A DNA stretch of 64,000 bases from Eledone cirrhosa (Eukaryota). The notes beneath the pieces were generated by a model. The model ran no database searches. It saw only the letters and a list, made by a program, of their open reading frames with translations, and was not told where the DNA came from. How positions within the stretch are numbered: position 1 is the stretch's first letter; each line of letters starts with the position of its first letter. This document shows, one piece after another, positions 50,101 to 64,000 of the stretch. The DNA lies in contig OZ024740.1 of NCBI GenBank assembly GCA_964016885.1, forward strand, positions 279,930,001 to 279,994,000, given 5' to 3'. A program made the translations under genes and the position numbers.

Positions 50101-53100
50101 ACCCGGGGTCGGATCGATCTGTAATTACTGGTACATGTGCAGACATTCATTGGCTATGTGCGGCGTGAATTCCAGCAAGATATCTCCGTAACATCAATAG
50201 TTGTGGCTGTGGAACCAAACCGTGTTAAACGTCAACAAAGTCCGCCGGCGAATGGTGTGCTTCGAAGAAAACGAATCCAAAAATGACGATTTGCCGGCGG
50301 AGTTACCTTTTCAATCGCGGGCCGGCCGCCCGTGGTCGGATCGATCTGTAATTACTGGTATATGTGCAAACACACATTTGCTGTGTGTGGTGTGATTTTC
50401 AAGAAAAGCTGCCCATGCTAAATGCGGAAGCTGAAGTCCACCAGCGAATGCTGTGCTTCGAAGAAACGAATCACAAAAATGCGAATTTGCCGGCGGAGTT
50501 ACCTTTTCGATCGTGGGCCGGCCGCCCGTGGTCGGATCGATCTGTAATTACTGGTATATGTGCAGACACTCATTGGTCGTGTGTGGTGTGATTTTCAAGA
50601 AAAGCTGCCCATGCTAAATGCGGAAGCTGCAGTCCACCATCGAATGGTGTGCTTCGAAGAAACGAATCACAAAAATGCGAATTTGCCGGCGGAGTTACCT
50701 TTTCGATCGTGGGCCGGCCGCCTGTGGTCGGATCGATCTGTAATTACTGGTCCATGTGCAGACACACATTTGCTGTGTGTGGTGTGATTTTCAAGAAAAG
50801 CTGCCCATGCTAAATGCGGAAGCTGAAGTCCGCCGGCGAATGGTGTGCTTCGAAGAAAACGAATCCAAAAATGACGATTTGCCGGCGGAGTTACCTTTTC
50901 AATCGCGGGCCGGCCGCCCGTGGTCGGATCGATCTGTAATTACTGGTACATGTGCAGACACTCATTGGCTATGTGCGGCGTGAATTCCAGCAAGATATCT
51001 CCGTAACATCAATAGTTGTGGCTGTGGAACCAAACCGTGTTAAACGTCAACAAAGTCCGCCGGCGAATGGTGTGCTTCGAAGAAAACGAATCCAAAAATG
51101 ACGATTTGCCGGCGGAGTTACCTTTAAAATCGCGGGCCGGCCGCCCGTGGTCGGATCGATCTGTAATTACTGGTACATGTGCAGACACTCATTGGCTATG
51201 TGCGGCGTGAATTCTAGCAAGATATCTCCGTAACATCAATAGTTGTGGCTGTGGAACCAAACCGTGTTAAACGTCAACAAAGTCCGCCGGCGAATGGTGT
51301 ACTTCGAAGAAAACGAATCCAAAAATGACGATTTGCCGGCGGAGTTACCTTTTCAATCGCGGGCCGGCGGCCCGTGGTCGAATCGATCTGTAATTACTGG
51401 TACATGTGCAGACACTCATTGGCTATGTGTGGCGTGAATTTCAAGAAAAGCTGCCCATGCTAAATGCGGAAGCTGAAGTCCAACAGCGAATGCTGTGCTT
51501 CGAAGAAACGAATCACAAAAATGCGAATTTGCCGGCGGAGTTACCTTTTCGATCGTGGGCCGGCCGCCCGTGGTCGGATCGATCTGTAATTACTGGTATA
51601 TGTGCAGACACTCATTGGTCGTGTGTGGTGTGATTTTCAAGAAAAGCTGCCCATGCTAAATGCGGAAGCTGCAGTCCACCATCGAATGGTGTGCTTCGAA
51701 GAAACGAATCACAAAAATGCGAATTTGCCGGCGGAGTTACCTTTTCGATCGTGGGCCGGCCGCCTGTGGTCGGATCGATCTGTAATTACTGGTCCATGTG
51801 CAGACACACATTTGCTGTATGTGGTGTGATTTTCAAGAAAAGCTGCCCATGCTAAATGCGGAAGCTGAAGTCCGCCGGCGAATGGTGTGCTTCGAAGAAA
51901 ACGAATCCAAAAATGACGATTTGCCGGCGGAGTTACCTTTTCAATCGCGGGCCGGCCGCCCGTGCTCGGATCGATCTGTAATTACTGGTACATGTGCAGA
52001 CACTCATTGGCTATGTGTGGCGTGAATTTCAGCAAGATATCTCCGTAAATTCAATAGTTGTGGCTGTGGAACCAAACCGTGTTAAACGTCAACAAAGTCC
52101 GCCGGCGAATGGTGTGCTTCGAAGAAAACGAATCCAAAAATGACGATTTGCCGGCGGAGTTACCTTTTCAATCGCGGGCCGGCCGCCCGTGGTCGGATCG
52201 ATCTGTAATTACTGGTACATGTGCAGACACTCATTGGCTATGTGCGGCGTGAATTTCAGCAAGATATCTCCGTAAAATCAATAGTTGTGGCTGTGGAACC
52301 AAACCGTGTTAAACGCCAACAAAGTCCGCCGGCGAATGGTGTGCTTCGAAGAAAACGAATCCAAAAATGACGATTTGCCGGCGGAGTTACCTTTTCAATC
52401 GCGGGCCGGCCGCCCGTGGTCGGATCGATCTGTAATTACTGGTACATGTGCAGACACTCATTGGCTATGTGTGGCGTGAATTTCAGCAAGATATCTCCGT
52501 AAAATCAATAGTTGTGGCTGTGGAACCAAACCGTGTTAAACGTCAACAAAGTCCGCCGGCGAATGGTGTGCTTCGAAGAAAACGAATCCAAAAATGACGA
52601 TTTGCCGGCGGAGTTACCTTTTCAATCGCGGGCCGGCCGCCCGTGGTCGGATCGATCTGTAATTACTGGTACATGTGCAGACACTCATTGGCTATGTGTG
52701 GCGTGAATTTCAGCAAGATATCTCCGTAAATTCAATAGTTGTGGCTGTGGAACCAAACCGTGTTAAACGTCAACAAAGTCCGCCGGCGAATGGTGTGCTT
52801 CGAAGAAAACGAATCCAAAAATGACGATTTGCCGGCGGAGTTACCTTTAAAATCGCGGGCCGGCCGCCCGTGGTCGGATCGATCTGTAATTACTGGTACA
52901 TGTGCAGACACTCATTGGCTATGTGCGGCGTGAATTCCAGCAAGATATCTCCGTAACATCAATAGTTGTGGCTGTGGAACCAAACAGTGTTAAACGTCAA
53001 CAAAGTCCGCCGGCGAATGGTGTGCTTCGAAGAAAACGAATCCAAAAATGACGATTTGCCGGCGGAGTTACCTTTTCAATCGCGGGCCGGCCGCCCGTGG

Positions 53101-56100
53101 TCGGATCGATCTGTAATTACTGGTACATGTGCAGACACTCATTGGCTATGTGCGGCGTGAATTTCAGCAAGATATCTCCGTAAAATCAATAGTTGTGGCT
53201 GTGGAACCAAACCGTGTTAAACGTCAACAAAGTCCGCCGGCGAATGGTGTGCTTCGAAGAAAACGAATCCAAAAATGACGATTTGCCGGCGGAGTTACCT
53301 TTTCAATCGCGGGCCGGCCACCCGTGGTCGGATCGATCTGTAGTTACTGGTACATGTGCAGACACTCATTGGCTATGTGTGGCGTGAATTTCAGCAAGAT
53401 ATCTCCGTAAATTCAATAGTTGTGGCTGTGGAACCAAACCGTGTTAAACGTCAACAAAGTCCGCCGGCGAATGGTGTGCTTCGAAGAAAACGAATCCAAA
53501 AATGACGATTTGCCGGCGGAGTTACCTTTTCAATCGCGGGCCGGCCGCCCGTGGTCGGATCGATCTGTAATTACTGGTACATGTGCAGACACTCATTGGC
53601 TATGTGTGGCGTGAATTTCAGCAAGATATCTCCGTAAATTCAATAGTTGTGGCTGTGGAACCAAACCGTGTTAAACGTCAACAAAGTCCGCCGGCGAATG
53701 GTGTACTTCGAAGAAAACGAATCCAAAAATGACGATTTGCCGGCGGAGTTACCTTTTCAATCGCGGGCCGGCCGCCCGTGGTCGGATCGATCTGTAATTA
53801 CTGGTATATGTGCAAACACACATTTGCTGTGTGTGGTGTGATTTTCAAGAAAAGCTGCCCATGCTAAATGCGGAAGCTGAAGTCCACCAGCGAATGCTGT
53901 GCTTCGAAGAAACGAATCACAAAAATGCGAATTTGCCGGCGGAGTTACCTTTTCGATCGTGGGCCGGCCGCCCGTGGTCGGATCGATCTGTAATTACTGG
54001 TATATGTGCAGACACTCATTGGTCGTGTGTGGTGTGATTTTCAAGAAAAGCTGCCCATGCTAAATGCGGAAGCTGCAGTCCACCATCGAATGGTGTGCTT
54101 CGAAGAAACGAATCACAAAAATGCGAATTTGCCGGCGGAGTTACCTTTTCGATCGTGGGCCGGCCGCCTGTGGTCGGATCGATCTGTAATTACTGGTCCA
54201 TGTGCAGACACACATTTGCTGTGTGTGGTGTGATTTTCAAGAAAAGCTGCCCATGCTAAATGCGGAAGCTGAAGTCCGCCGGCGAATGGTGTGCTTCGAA
54301 GAAAACGAATCCAAAAATGACGATTTGCCGGCGGAGTTACCTTTTCAATCGCGGGCCGGCCGCCCGTGGTCGGATCGATCTGTAATTACTGGTACATGTG
54401 CAGACACTCATTGGCTATGTGCGGCGTGAATTCCAGCAAGATATCTCCGTAACATCAATAGTTGTGGCTGTGGAACCAAACCGTGTTAAACGTCAACAAA
54501 GTCCGCCGGCGAATGGTGTGCTTCGAAGAAAACGAATCCAAAAATGACGATTTGCCGGCGGAGTTACCTTTAAAATCGCGGGCCGGCCGCCCGTGGTCGG
54601 ATCGATCTGTAATTACTGGTACATGTGCAGACACTCATTGGCTATGTGTGGCGTGAATTTCAGCAAGATATCTCCGTAAATTCAATAGTTGTGGCTGTGG
54701 AACCAAACCGTGTTAAACGTCAACAAAGTCCGCCGGCGAATGGTGTGCTTCGAAGAAAACGAATCCAAAAATGACGATTTGCCGGCGGAGTTACCTTTTC
54801 AATCGCGGGCCGGCCGCCCGTGGTCGGATCGATTTGTAATTACTGGTACATGTGCAGACACTCATTGGCTATGTGCGGCGTGAATTTCAGCAAGATATCT
54901 CCGTAAAATCAATAGTTGTGGCTGTGGAACCAAACCGTGTTAAACGTCAACAAAGTCCGCCGGCGAATGGTGTACTTCGAAGAAAACGAATCCAAAAATG
55001 ACGATTTGCCGGCGGAGTTACCTTTTCAATCGCGGGCCGGCGGCCCGTGGTCGAATCGATCTGTAATTACTGGTACATGTGCAGACACTCATTGGCTATG
55101 TGTGGCGTGAATTTCAAGAAAAGCTGCCCATGCTAAATGCGGAAGCTGAAGTCCACCAGCGAATGCTGTGCTTCGAAGAAACGAATCACAAAAATGCGAA
55201 TTTGCCGGCGGAGTTACCTTTTCGATCGTGGGCCGGCCGCCCGTGGTCGGATCGATCTGTAATTACTGGTATATGTGCAGACACTCATTGGCTATGTGCG
55301 GCGTGAATTTCAGCAAGATATCTCCGTAAAATCAATAGTTGTGGCTGTGGAACCAAACCGTGTTAAACGTCAACAAAGTCCGCCGGCGAATGGTGTGCTT
55401 CGAAGAAAACGAATCCAAAAATGACGATTTGCCGGCGGAGTTACCTTTAAAATCGCGGGCCGGCCGCCCGTGGTCGGATCGATCTGTAATTACTGGTACA
55501 TGTGCAGACACTCATTGGCTATGTGCGGCGTGAATTCCAGCAAGATATCTCCGTAACATCAATAGTTGTGGCTGTGGAACCAAACAGTGTTAAACGTCAA
55601 CAAAGTCCGCCGGCGAATGGTGTGCTTCGAAGAAAACGAATCCAAAAATGACGATTTGCCGGCGGAGTTACCTTTTCAATCGCGGGCCGGCCACCCGTGG
55701 TCGGATCGATCTGTAATTACTGGTACATGTGCAGACATTCATTGGCTATGTGCGGCGTGAATTCCAGCAAGATATCTCCGTAACATCAATAGTTGTGGCT
55801 GTGGAACCAAACCGTGTTAAACGTCAACAAAGTCCGCCGGCGAATGGTGTGCTTCGAAGAAAACGAATCCAAAAATGACGATTTGCCGGCGGAGTTACCT
55901 TTTCAATCGCGGGCCGGCCGCCCGTGGTCGGATCGATCTGTAATTACTGGTATATGTGCAAACACACATTTGCTGTGTGTGGTGTGATTTTCAAGAAAAG
56001 CTGCCCATGCTAAATGCGGAAGCTGCAGTCCACCATCGAATGGTGTGCTTCGAAGAAACGAATCACAAAAATGCGAATTTGCCGGCGGAGTTACCTTTTC

Positions 56101-59100
56101 GATCGTGGGCCGGCCGCCTGTGGTCGGATCGATCTGTAATTACTGGTCCATGTGCAGACACACATTTGCTGTATGTGGTGTGATTTTCAAGAAAAGCTGC
56201 CCATGCTAAATGCGGAAGCTGAAGTCCGCCGGCGAATGGTGTGCTTCGAAGAAAACGAATCCAAAAATGACGATTTGCCGGCGGAGTTACCTTTTCAATC
56301 GCGGGCCGGCCGCCCGTGCTCGGATCGATCTGTAATTACTGGTACATGTGCAGACACTCATTGGCTATGTGTGGCGTGAATTTCAGCAAGATATCTCCGT
56401 AAATTCAATAGTTGTGGCTGTGGAACCAAACCGTGTTAAACGTCAACAAAGTCCGCCGGCGAATGGTGTGCTTCGAAGAAAACGAATCCAAAAATGACGA
56501 TTTGCCGGCGGAGTTACCTTTTCAATCGCGGGCCGGCCGCCCGTGGTCGGATCGATCTGTAATTACTGGTACATGTGCAGACACTCATTGGCTATGTGCG
56601 GCGTGAATTTCAGCAAGATATCTCCGTAAAATCAATAGTTGTGGCTGTGGAACCAAACCGTGTTAAACGCCAACAAAGTCCGCCGGCGAATGGTGTGCTT
56701 CGAAGAAAACGAATCCAAAAATGACGATTTGCCGGCGGAGTTACCTTTTCAATCGCGGGCCGGCCGCCCGTGGTCGGATCGATCTGTAATTACTGGTACA
56801 TGTGCAGACACTCATTGGCTATGTGTGGCGTGAATTTCAGCAAGATATCTCCGTAAAATCAATAGTTGTGGCTGTGGAACCAAACCGTGTTAAACGTCAA
56901 CAAAGTCCGCCGGCGAATGGTGTGCTTCGAAGAAAACGAATCCAAAAATGACGATTTGCCGGCGGAGTTACCTTTTCAATCGCGGGCCGGCCGCCCGTGG
57001 TCGGATCGATCTGTAATTACTGGTACATGTGCAGACACTCATTGGCTATGTGTGGCGTGAATTTCAGCAAGATATCTCCGTAAATTCAATAGTTGTGGCT
57101 GTGGAACCAAACCGTGTTAAACGTCAACAAAGTCCGCCGGCGAATGGTGTGCTTCGAAGAAAACGAATCCAAAAATGACGATTTGCCGGCGGAGTTACCT
57201 TTTCAATCGCGGGCCGGCCGCCCGTGGTCGGATCGATCTGTAATTACTGGTACATGTGCAGACACTCATTGGCTATGTGTGGCGTGAATTTCAGCAAGAT
57301 ATCTCCGTAAATTCAATAGTTGTGGCTGTGGAACCAAACCGTGTTAAACGTCAACAAAGTCCGCCGGCGAATGGTGTGCTTCGAAGAAAACGAATCCAAA
57401 AATGACGATTTGCCGGCGGAGTTACCTTTTCAATCGCGGGCCGGCCGCCCGTGGTCGGATCGATTTGTAATTACTGGTACATGTGCAGACACTCATTGGC
57501 TATGTGCGGCGTGAATTTCAGCAAGATATCTCCGTAAAATCAATAGTTGTGGCTGTGGAACCAAACCGTGTTAAACGTCAACAAAGTCCGCCGGCGAATG
57601 GTGTACTTCGAAGAAAACGAATCCAAAAATGACGATTTGCCGGCGGAGTTACCTTTTCAATCGCGGGCCGGCGGCCCGTGGTCGAATCGATCTGTAATTA
57701 CTGGTACATGTGCAGACACTCATTGGCTATGTGTGGCGTGAATTTCAAGAAAAGCTGCCCATGCTAAATGCGGAAGCTGAAGTCCACCAGCGAATGCTGT
57801 GCTTCGAAGAAACGAATCACAAAAATGCGAATTTGCCGGCGGAGTTACCTTTTCGATCGTGGGCCGGCCGCCCGTGGTCGGATCGATCTGTAATTACTGG
57901 TATATGTGCAGACACTCATTGGCTATGTGCGGCGTGAATTTCAGCAAGATATCTCCGTAAAATCAATAGTTGTGGCTGTGGAACCAAACCGTGTTAAACG
58001 TCAACAAAGTCCGCCGGCGAATGGTGTGCTTCGAAGAAAACGAATCCAAAAATGACGATTTGCCGGCGGAGTTACCTTTAAAATCGCGGGCCGGCCGCCC
58101 GTGGTCGGATCGATCTGTAATTACTGGTACATGTGCAGACACTCATTGGCTATGTGCGGCGTGAATTCCAGCAAGATATCTCCGTAACATCAATAGTTGT
58201 GGCTGTGGAACCAAACAGTGTTAAACGTCAACAAAGTCCGCCGGCGAATGGTGTGCTTCGAAGAAAACGAATCCAAAAATGACGATTTGCCGGCGGAGTT
58301 ACCTTTTCAATCGCGGGCCGGCCACCCGTGGTCGGATCGATCTGTAATTACTGGTACATGTGCAGACATTCATTGGCTATGTGCGGCGTGAATTCCAGCA
58401 AGATATCTCCGTAACATCAATAGTTGTGGCTGTGGAACCAAACCGTGTTAAACGTCAACAAAGTCCGCCGGCGAATGGTGTGCTTCGAAGAAAACGAATC
58501 CAAAAATGACGATTTGCCGGCGGAGTTACCTTTTCAATCGCGGGCCGGCCGCCCGTGGTCGGATCGATCTGTAATTACTGGTATATGTGCAAACACACAT
58601 TTGCTGTGTGTGGTGTGATTTTCAAGAAAAGCTGCCCATGCTAAATGCGGAAGCTGAAGTCCACCAGCGAATGCTGTGCTTCGAAGAAACGAATCACAAA
58701 AATGCGAATTTGCCGGCGGAGTTACCTTTTCGATCGTGGGCCGGCCGCCCGTGGTCGGATCGATCTGTAATTACTGGTATATGTGCAGACACTCATTGGT
58801 CGTGTGTGGTGTGATTTTCAAGAAAAGCTGCCCATGCTAAATGCGGAAGCTGCAGTCCACCATCGAATGGTGTGCTTCGAAGAAACGAATCACAAAAATG
58901 CGAATTTGCCGGCGGAGTTACCTTTTCGATCGTGGGCCGGCCGCCTGTGGTCGGATCGATCTGTAATTACTGGTCCATGTGCAGACACACATTTGCTGTG
59001 TGTGGTGTGATTTTCAAGAAAAGCTGCCCATGCTAAATGCGGAAGCTGAAGTCCGCCGGCGAATGGTGTGCTTCGAAGAAAACGAATCCAAAAATGACGA

Positions 59101-62100
59101 TTTGCCGGCGGAGTTACCTTTTCAATCGCGGGCCGGCCGCCCGTGGTCGGATCGATCTGTAATTACTGGTACATGTGCAGACACTCATTGGCTATGTGCG
59201 GCGTGAATTCCAGCAAGATATCTCCGTAACATCAATAGTTGTGGCTGTGGAACCAAACCGTGTTAAACGTCAACAAAGTCCGCCGGCGAATGGTGTGCTT
59301 CGAAGAAAACGAATCCAAAAATGACGATTTGCCGGCGGAGTTACCTTTAAAATCGCGGGCCGGCCGCCCGTGGTCGGATCGATCTGTAATTACTGGTACA
59401 TGTGCAGACACTCATTGGCTATGTGCGGCGTGAATTCTAGCAAGATATCTCCGTAACATCAATAGTTGTGGCTGTGGAACCAAACCGTGTTAAACGTCAA
59501 CAAAGTCCGCCGGCGAATGGTGTACTTCGAAGAAAACGAATCCAAAAATGACGATTTGCCGGCGGAGTTACCTTTTCAATCGCGGGCCGGCGGCCCGTGG
59601 TCGAATCGATCTGTAATTACTGGTACATGTGCAGACACTCATTGGCTATGTGTGGCGTGAATTTCAAGAAAAGCTGCCCATGCTAAATGCGGAAGCTGAA
59701 GTCCAACAGCGAATGCTGTGCTTCGAAGAAACGAATCACAAAAATGCGAATTTGCCGGCGGAGTTACCTTTTCGATCGTGGGCCGGCCGCCCGTGGTCGG
59801 ATCGATCTGTAATTACTGGTATATGTGCAGACACTCATTGGTCGTGTGTGGTGTGATTTTCAAGAAAAGCTGCCCATGCTAAATGCGGAAGCTGCAGTCC
59901 ACCATCGAATGGTGTGCTTCGAAGAAACGAATCACAAAAATGCGAATTTGCCGGCGGAGTTACCTTTTCGATCGTGGGCCGGCCGCCTGTGGTCGGATCG
60001 ATCTGTAATTACTGGTCCATGTGCAGACACACATTTGCTGTATGTGGTGTGATTTTCAAGAAAAGCTGCCCATGCTAAATGCGGAAGCTGAAGTCCGCCG
60101 GCGAATGGTGTGCTTCGAAGAAAACGAATCCAAAAATGACGATTTGCCGGCGGAGTTACCTTTTCAATCGCGGGCCGGCCGCCCGTGCTCGGATCGATCT
60201 GTAATTACTGGTACATGTGCAGACACTCATTGGCTATGTGTGGCGTGAATTTCAGCAAGATATCTCCGTAAATTCAATAGTTGTGGCTGTGGAACCAAAC
60301 CGTGTTAAACGTCAACAAAGTCCGCCGGCGAATGGTGTGCTTCGAAGAAAACGAATCCAAAAATGACGATTTGCCGGCGGAGTTACCTTTTCAATCGCGG
60401 GCCGGCCGCCCGTGGTCGGATCGATCTGTAATTACTGGTACATGTGCAGACACTCATTGGCTATGTGCGGCGTGAATTTCAGCAAGATATCTCCGTAAAA
60501 TCAATAGTTGTGGCTGTGGAACCAAACCGTGTTAAACGCCAACAAAGTCCGCCGGCGAATGGTGTGCTTCGAAGAAAACGAATCCAAAAATGACGATTTG
60601 CCGGCGGAGTTACCTTTTCAATCGCGGGCCGGCCGCCCGTGGTCGGATCGATCTGTAATTACTGGTACATGTGCAGACACTCATTGGCTATGTGTGGCGT
60701 GAATTTCAGCAAGATATCTCCGTAAAATCAATAGTTGTGGCTGTGGAACCAAACCGTGTTAAACGTCAACAAAGTCCGCCGGCGAATGGTGTGCTTCGAA
60801 GAAAACGAATCCAAAAATGACGATTTGCCGGCGGAGTTACCTTTTCAATCGCGGGCCGGCCGCCCGTGGTCGGATCGATCTGTAATTACTGGTACATGTG
60901 CAGACACTCATTGGCTATGTGTGGCGTGAATTTCAGCAAGATATCTCCGTAAATTCAATAGTTGTGGCTGTGGAACCAAACCGTGTTAAACGTCAACAAA
61001 GTCCGCCGGCGAATGGTGTGCTTCGAAGAAAACGAATCCAAAAATGACGATTTGCCGGCGGAGTTACCTTTAAAATCGCGGGCCGGCCGCCCGTGGTCGG
61101 ATCGATCTGTAATTACTGGTACATGTGCAGACACTCATTGGCTATGTGCGGCGTGAATTCCAGCAAGATATCTCCGTAACATCAATAGTTGTGGCTGTGG
61201 AACCAAACAGTGTTAAACGTCAACAAAGTCCGCCGGCGAATGGTGTGCTTCGAAGAAAACGAATCCAAAAATGACGATTTGCCGGCGGAGTTACCTTTTC
61301 AATCGCGGGCCGGCCGCCCGTGGTCGGATCGATCTGTAATTACTGGTACATGTGCAGACACTCATTGGCTATGTGCGGCGTGAATTTCAGCAAGATATCT
61401 CCGTAAAATCAATAGTTGTGGCTGTGGAACCAAACCGTGTTAAACGTCAACAAAGTCCGCCGGCGAATGGTGTGCTTCGAAGAAAACGAATCCAAAAATG
61501 ACGATTTGCCGGCGGAGTTACCTTTTCAATCGCGGGCCGGCCACCCGTGGTCGGATCGATCTGTAATTACTGGTACATGTGCAGACACTCATTGGCTATG
61601 TGTGGCGTGAATTTCAGCAAGATATCTCCGTAAATTCAATAGTTGTGGCTGTGGAACCAAACCGTGTTAAACGTCAACAAAGTCCGCCGGCGAATGGTGT
61701 GCTTCGAAGAAAACGAATCCAAAAATGACGATTTGCCGGCGGAGTTACCTTTTCAATCGCGGGCCGGCCGCCCGTGGTCGGATCGATCTGTAATTACTGG
61801 TACATGTGCAGACACTCATTGGCTATGTGTGGCGTGAATTTCAGCAAGATATCTCCGTAAATTCAATAGTTGTGGCTGTGGAACCAAACCGTGTTAAACG
61901 TCAACAAAGTCCGCCGGCGAATGGTGTGCTTCGAAGAAAACGAATCCAAAAATGACGATTTGCCGGCGGAGTTACCTTTTCAATCGCGGGCCGGCCGCCC
62001 GTGGTCGGATCGATTTGTAATTACTGGTACATGTGCAGACACTCATTGGCTATGTGCGGCGTGAATTTCAGCAAGATATCTCCGTAAAATCAATAGTTGT

Positions 62101-64000
62101 GGCTGTGGAACCAAACCGTGTTAAACGTCAACAAAGTCCGCCGGCGAATGGTGTACTTCGAAGAAAACGAATCCAAAAATGACGATTTGCCGGCGGAGTT
62201 ACCTTTTCAATCGCGGGCCGGCGGCCCGTGGTCGAATCGATCTGTAATTACTGGTACATGTGCAGACACTCATTGGCTATGTGTGGCGTGAATTTCAAGA
62301 AAAGCTGCCCATGCTAAATGCGGAAGCTGAAGTCCACCAGCGAATGCTGTGCTTCGAAGAAACGAATCACAAAAATGCGAATTTGCCGGCGGAGTTACCT
62401 TTTCAATCGCGGGCCGGCCACCCGTGGTCGGATCGATCTGTAATTACTGGTACATGTGCAGACATTCATTGGCTATGTGCGGCGTGAATTCCAGCAAGAT
62501 ATCTCCGTAACATCAATAGTTGTGGCTGTGGAACCAAACCGTGTTAAACGTCAACAAAGTCCGCCGGCGAATGGTGTGCTTCGAAGAAAACGAATCCAAA
62601 AATGACGATTTGCCGGCGGAGTTACCTTTTCAATCGCGGGCCGGCCGCCCGTGGTCGGATCGATCTGTAATTACTGGTATATGTGCAAACACACATTTGC
62701 TGTGTGTGGTGTGATTTTCAAGAAAAGCTGCCCATGCTAAATGCGGAAGCTGAAGTCCACCAGCGAATGCTGTGCTTCGAAGAAACGAATCACAAAAATG
62801 CGAATTTGCCGGCGGAGTTACCTTTTCGATCGTGGGCCGGCCGCCCGTGGTCGGATCGATCTGTAATTACTGGTATATGTGCAGACACTCATTGGTCGTG
62901 TGTGGTGTGATTTTCAAGAAAAGCTGCCCATGCTAAATGCGGAAGCTGCAGTCCACCATCGAATGGTGTGCTTCGAAGAAACGAATCACAAAAATGCGAA
63001 TTTGCCGGCGGAGTTACCTTTTCGATCGTGGGCCGGCCGCCTGTGGTCGGATCGATCTGTAATTACTGGTCCATGTGCAGACACACATTTGCTGTGTGTG
63101 GTGTGATTTTCAAGAAAAGCTGCCCATGCTAAATGCGGAAGCTGAAGTCCGCCGGCGAATGGTGTGCTTCGAAGAAAACGAATCCAAAAATGACGATTTG
63201 CCGGCGGAGTTACCTTTTCAATCGCGGGCCGGCCGCCCGTGGTCGGATCGATCTGTAATTACTGGTACATGTGCAGACACTCATTGGCTATGTGCGGCGT
63301 GAATTCCAGCAAGATATCTCCGTAACATCAATAGTTGTGGCTGTGGAACCAAACCGTGTTAAACGTCAACAAAGTCCGCCGGCGAATGGTGTGCTTCGAA
63401 GAAAACGAATCCAAAAATGACGATTTGCCGGCGGAGTTACCTTTAAAATCGCGGGCCGGCCGCCCGTGGTCGGATCGATCTGTAATTACTGGTACATGTG
63501 CAGACACTCATTGGCTATGTGTGGCGTGAATTTCAGCAAGATATCTCCGTAAATTCAATAGTTGTGGCTGTGGAACCAAACCGTGTTAAACGTCAACAAA
63601 GTCCGCCGGCGAATGGTGTGCTTCGAAGAAAACGAATCCAAAAATGACGATTTGCCGGCGGAGTTACCTTTTCAATCGCGGGCCGGCCGCCCGTGGTCGG
63701 ATCGATTTGTAATTACTGGTACATGTGCAGACACTCATTGGCTATGTGCGGCGTGAATTTCAGCAAGATATCTCCGTAAAATCAATAGTTGTGGCTGTGG
63801 AACCAAACCGTGTTAAACGTCAACAAAGTCCGCCGGCGAATGGTGTACTTCGAAGAAAACGAATCCAAAAATGACGATTTGCCGGCGGAGTTACCTTTTC
63901 AATCGCGGGCCGGCGGCCCGTGGTCGAATCGATCTGTAATTACTGGTACATGTGCAGACACTCATTGGCTATGTGTGGCGTGAATTTCAAGAAAAGCTGC
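48870..64000. repeat. Tandem segmental duplication, period 8223 bp (38 monomers: 13A+25B), shifting to 8873 bp after a 3-monomer (650 bp) difference
   Basis: Pairs 49487/57710, 50364/58587, 51406/59629, 53193/61416 (offset 8223), then 53810/62683, 54462/63335, 54916/63789 (offset 8873). Confidence 0.85.

Larger units (their letters stand above)
29003..64000. repeat. Composite satellite array: about 115 copies of 227-bp monomer B interspersed with 45 copies of 196-bp A-type or chimeric monomers; same orientation as the left array; runs off the window end
   Basis: ORF starts are spaced 227 bp (29091, 29318, 29545...). B carries the module GCAAGATATCTCCGTAAAATCAATAGTTGTGGCTGTGGAACCAAACCGTGTTAAACGTCAACA. 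196-bp islands begin at ORF starts 30389, 32339, 34320, 36270, 38901, 40686, 42667, 44617, 47248, 49487, 50364, 51406, 53810, 55079, 55956, 57710, 58587, 59629, 62260 and 62683. Confidence 0.99.

Noticed and set aside
113-63983. Hundreds of 60-107 aa ORFs (MQT..., MWLWNQ..., MRKLK..., MSAH...) read as a tandem gene family
   Set aside because: Monomer lengths of 196 and 227 are not multiples of 3. The ORFs overlap their neighbours in shifting frames, many begin at non-ATG codons (GTG/TTG), and stop and frameshift variants are freely amplified. No recognisable domain is present.
29003-64000. CRISPR-like or cassette-diversifying array (constant backbone plus variable insert)
   Set aside because: The variable part has only two states instead of unique spacers, the constant part is about 164 bp, and no cas, integrase or reverse transcriptase gene is present.

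Overview
The whole 64 kb window is non-coding tandem satellite DNA, most likely from a eukaryotic centromeric or heterochromatic array. The taxon cannot be determined from the sequence. I find no credible protein-coding gene, RNA gene, CRISPR array or intact transposon; the hundreds of short ORFs are the repeat unit read in shifting frames. Left contig (1-28802): about 147 head-to-tail copies of a 196-bp monomer ('A'), with 195-, 197- and 238-bp variants, arranged in short-lived local higher-order repeats (HORs). A 200-N scaffolding gap follows (28803-29002). Right contig (29003-64000): about 115 copies of a related 227-bp monomer ('B'), interrupted by 20 islands of 1-3 monomers of 196 bp (45 in total). 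A and B share a backbone of about 164 bp and differ by an alternative module (32 vs 63 bp). Most notable: (i) the two-state modular monomer, with chimeric units and nested 9-mer and 38-mer HORs; (ii) a strong CpG to TpG/CpA polarity from B to A; (iii) a B-like 197-bp relic inside the A array; (iv) dense dyad symmetry and hairpins; (v) large length changes of +31 and +42 bp, close to whole helical turns. All counts were made by eye or from ORF-track spacing and should be recomputed.
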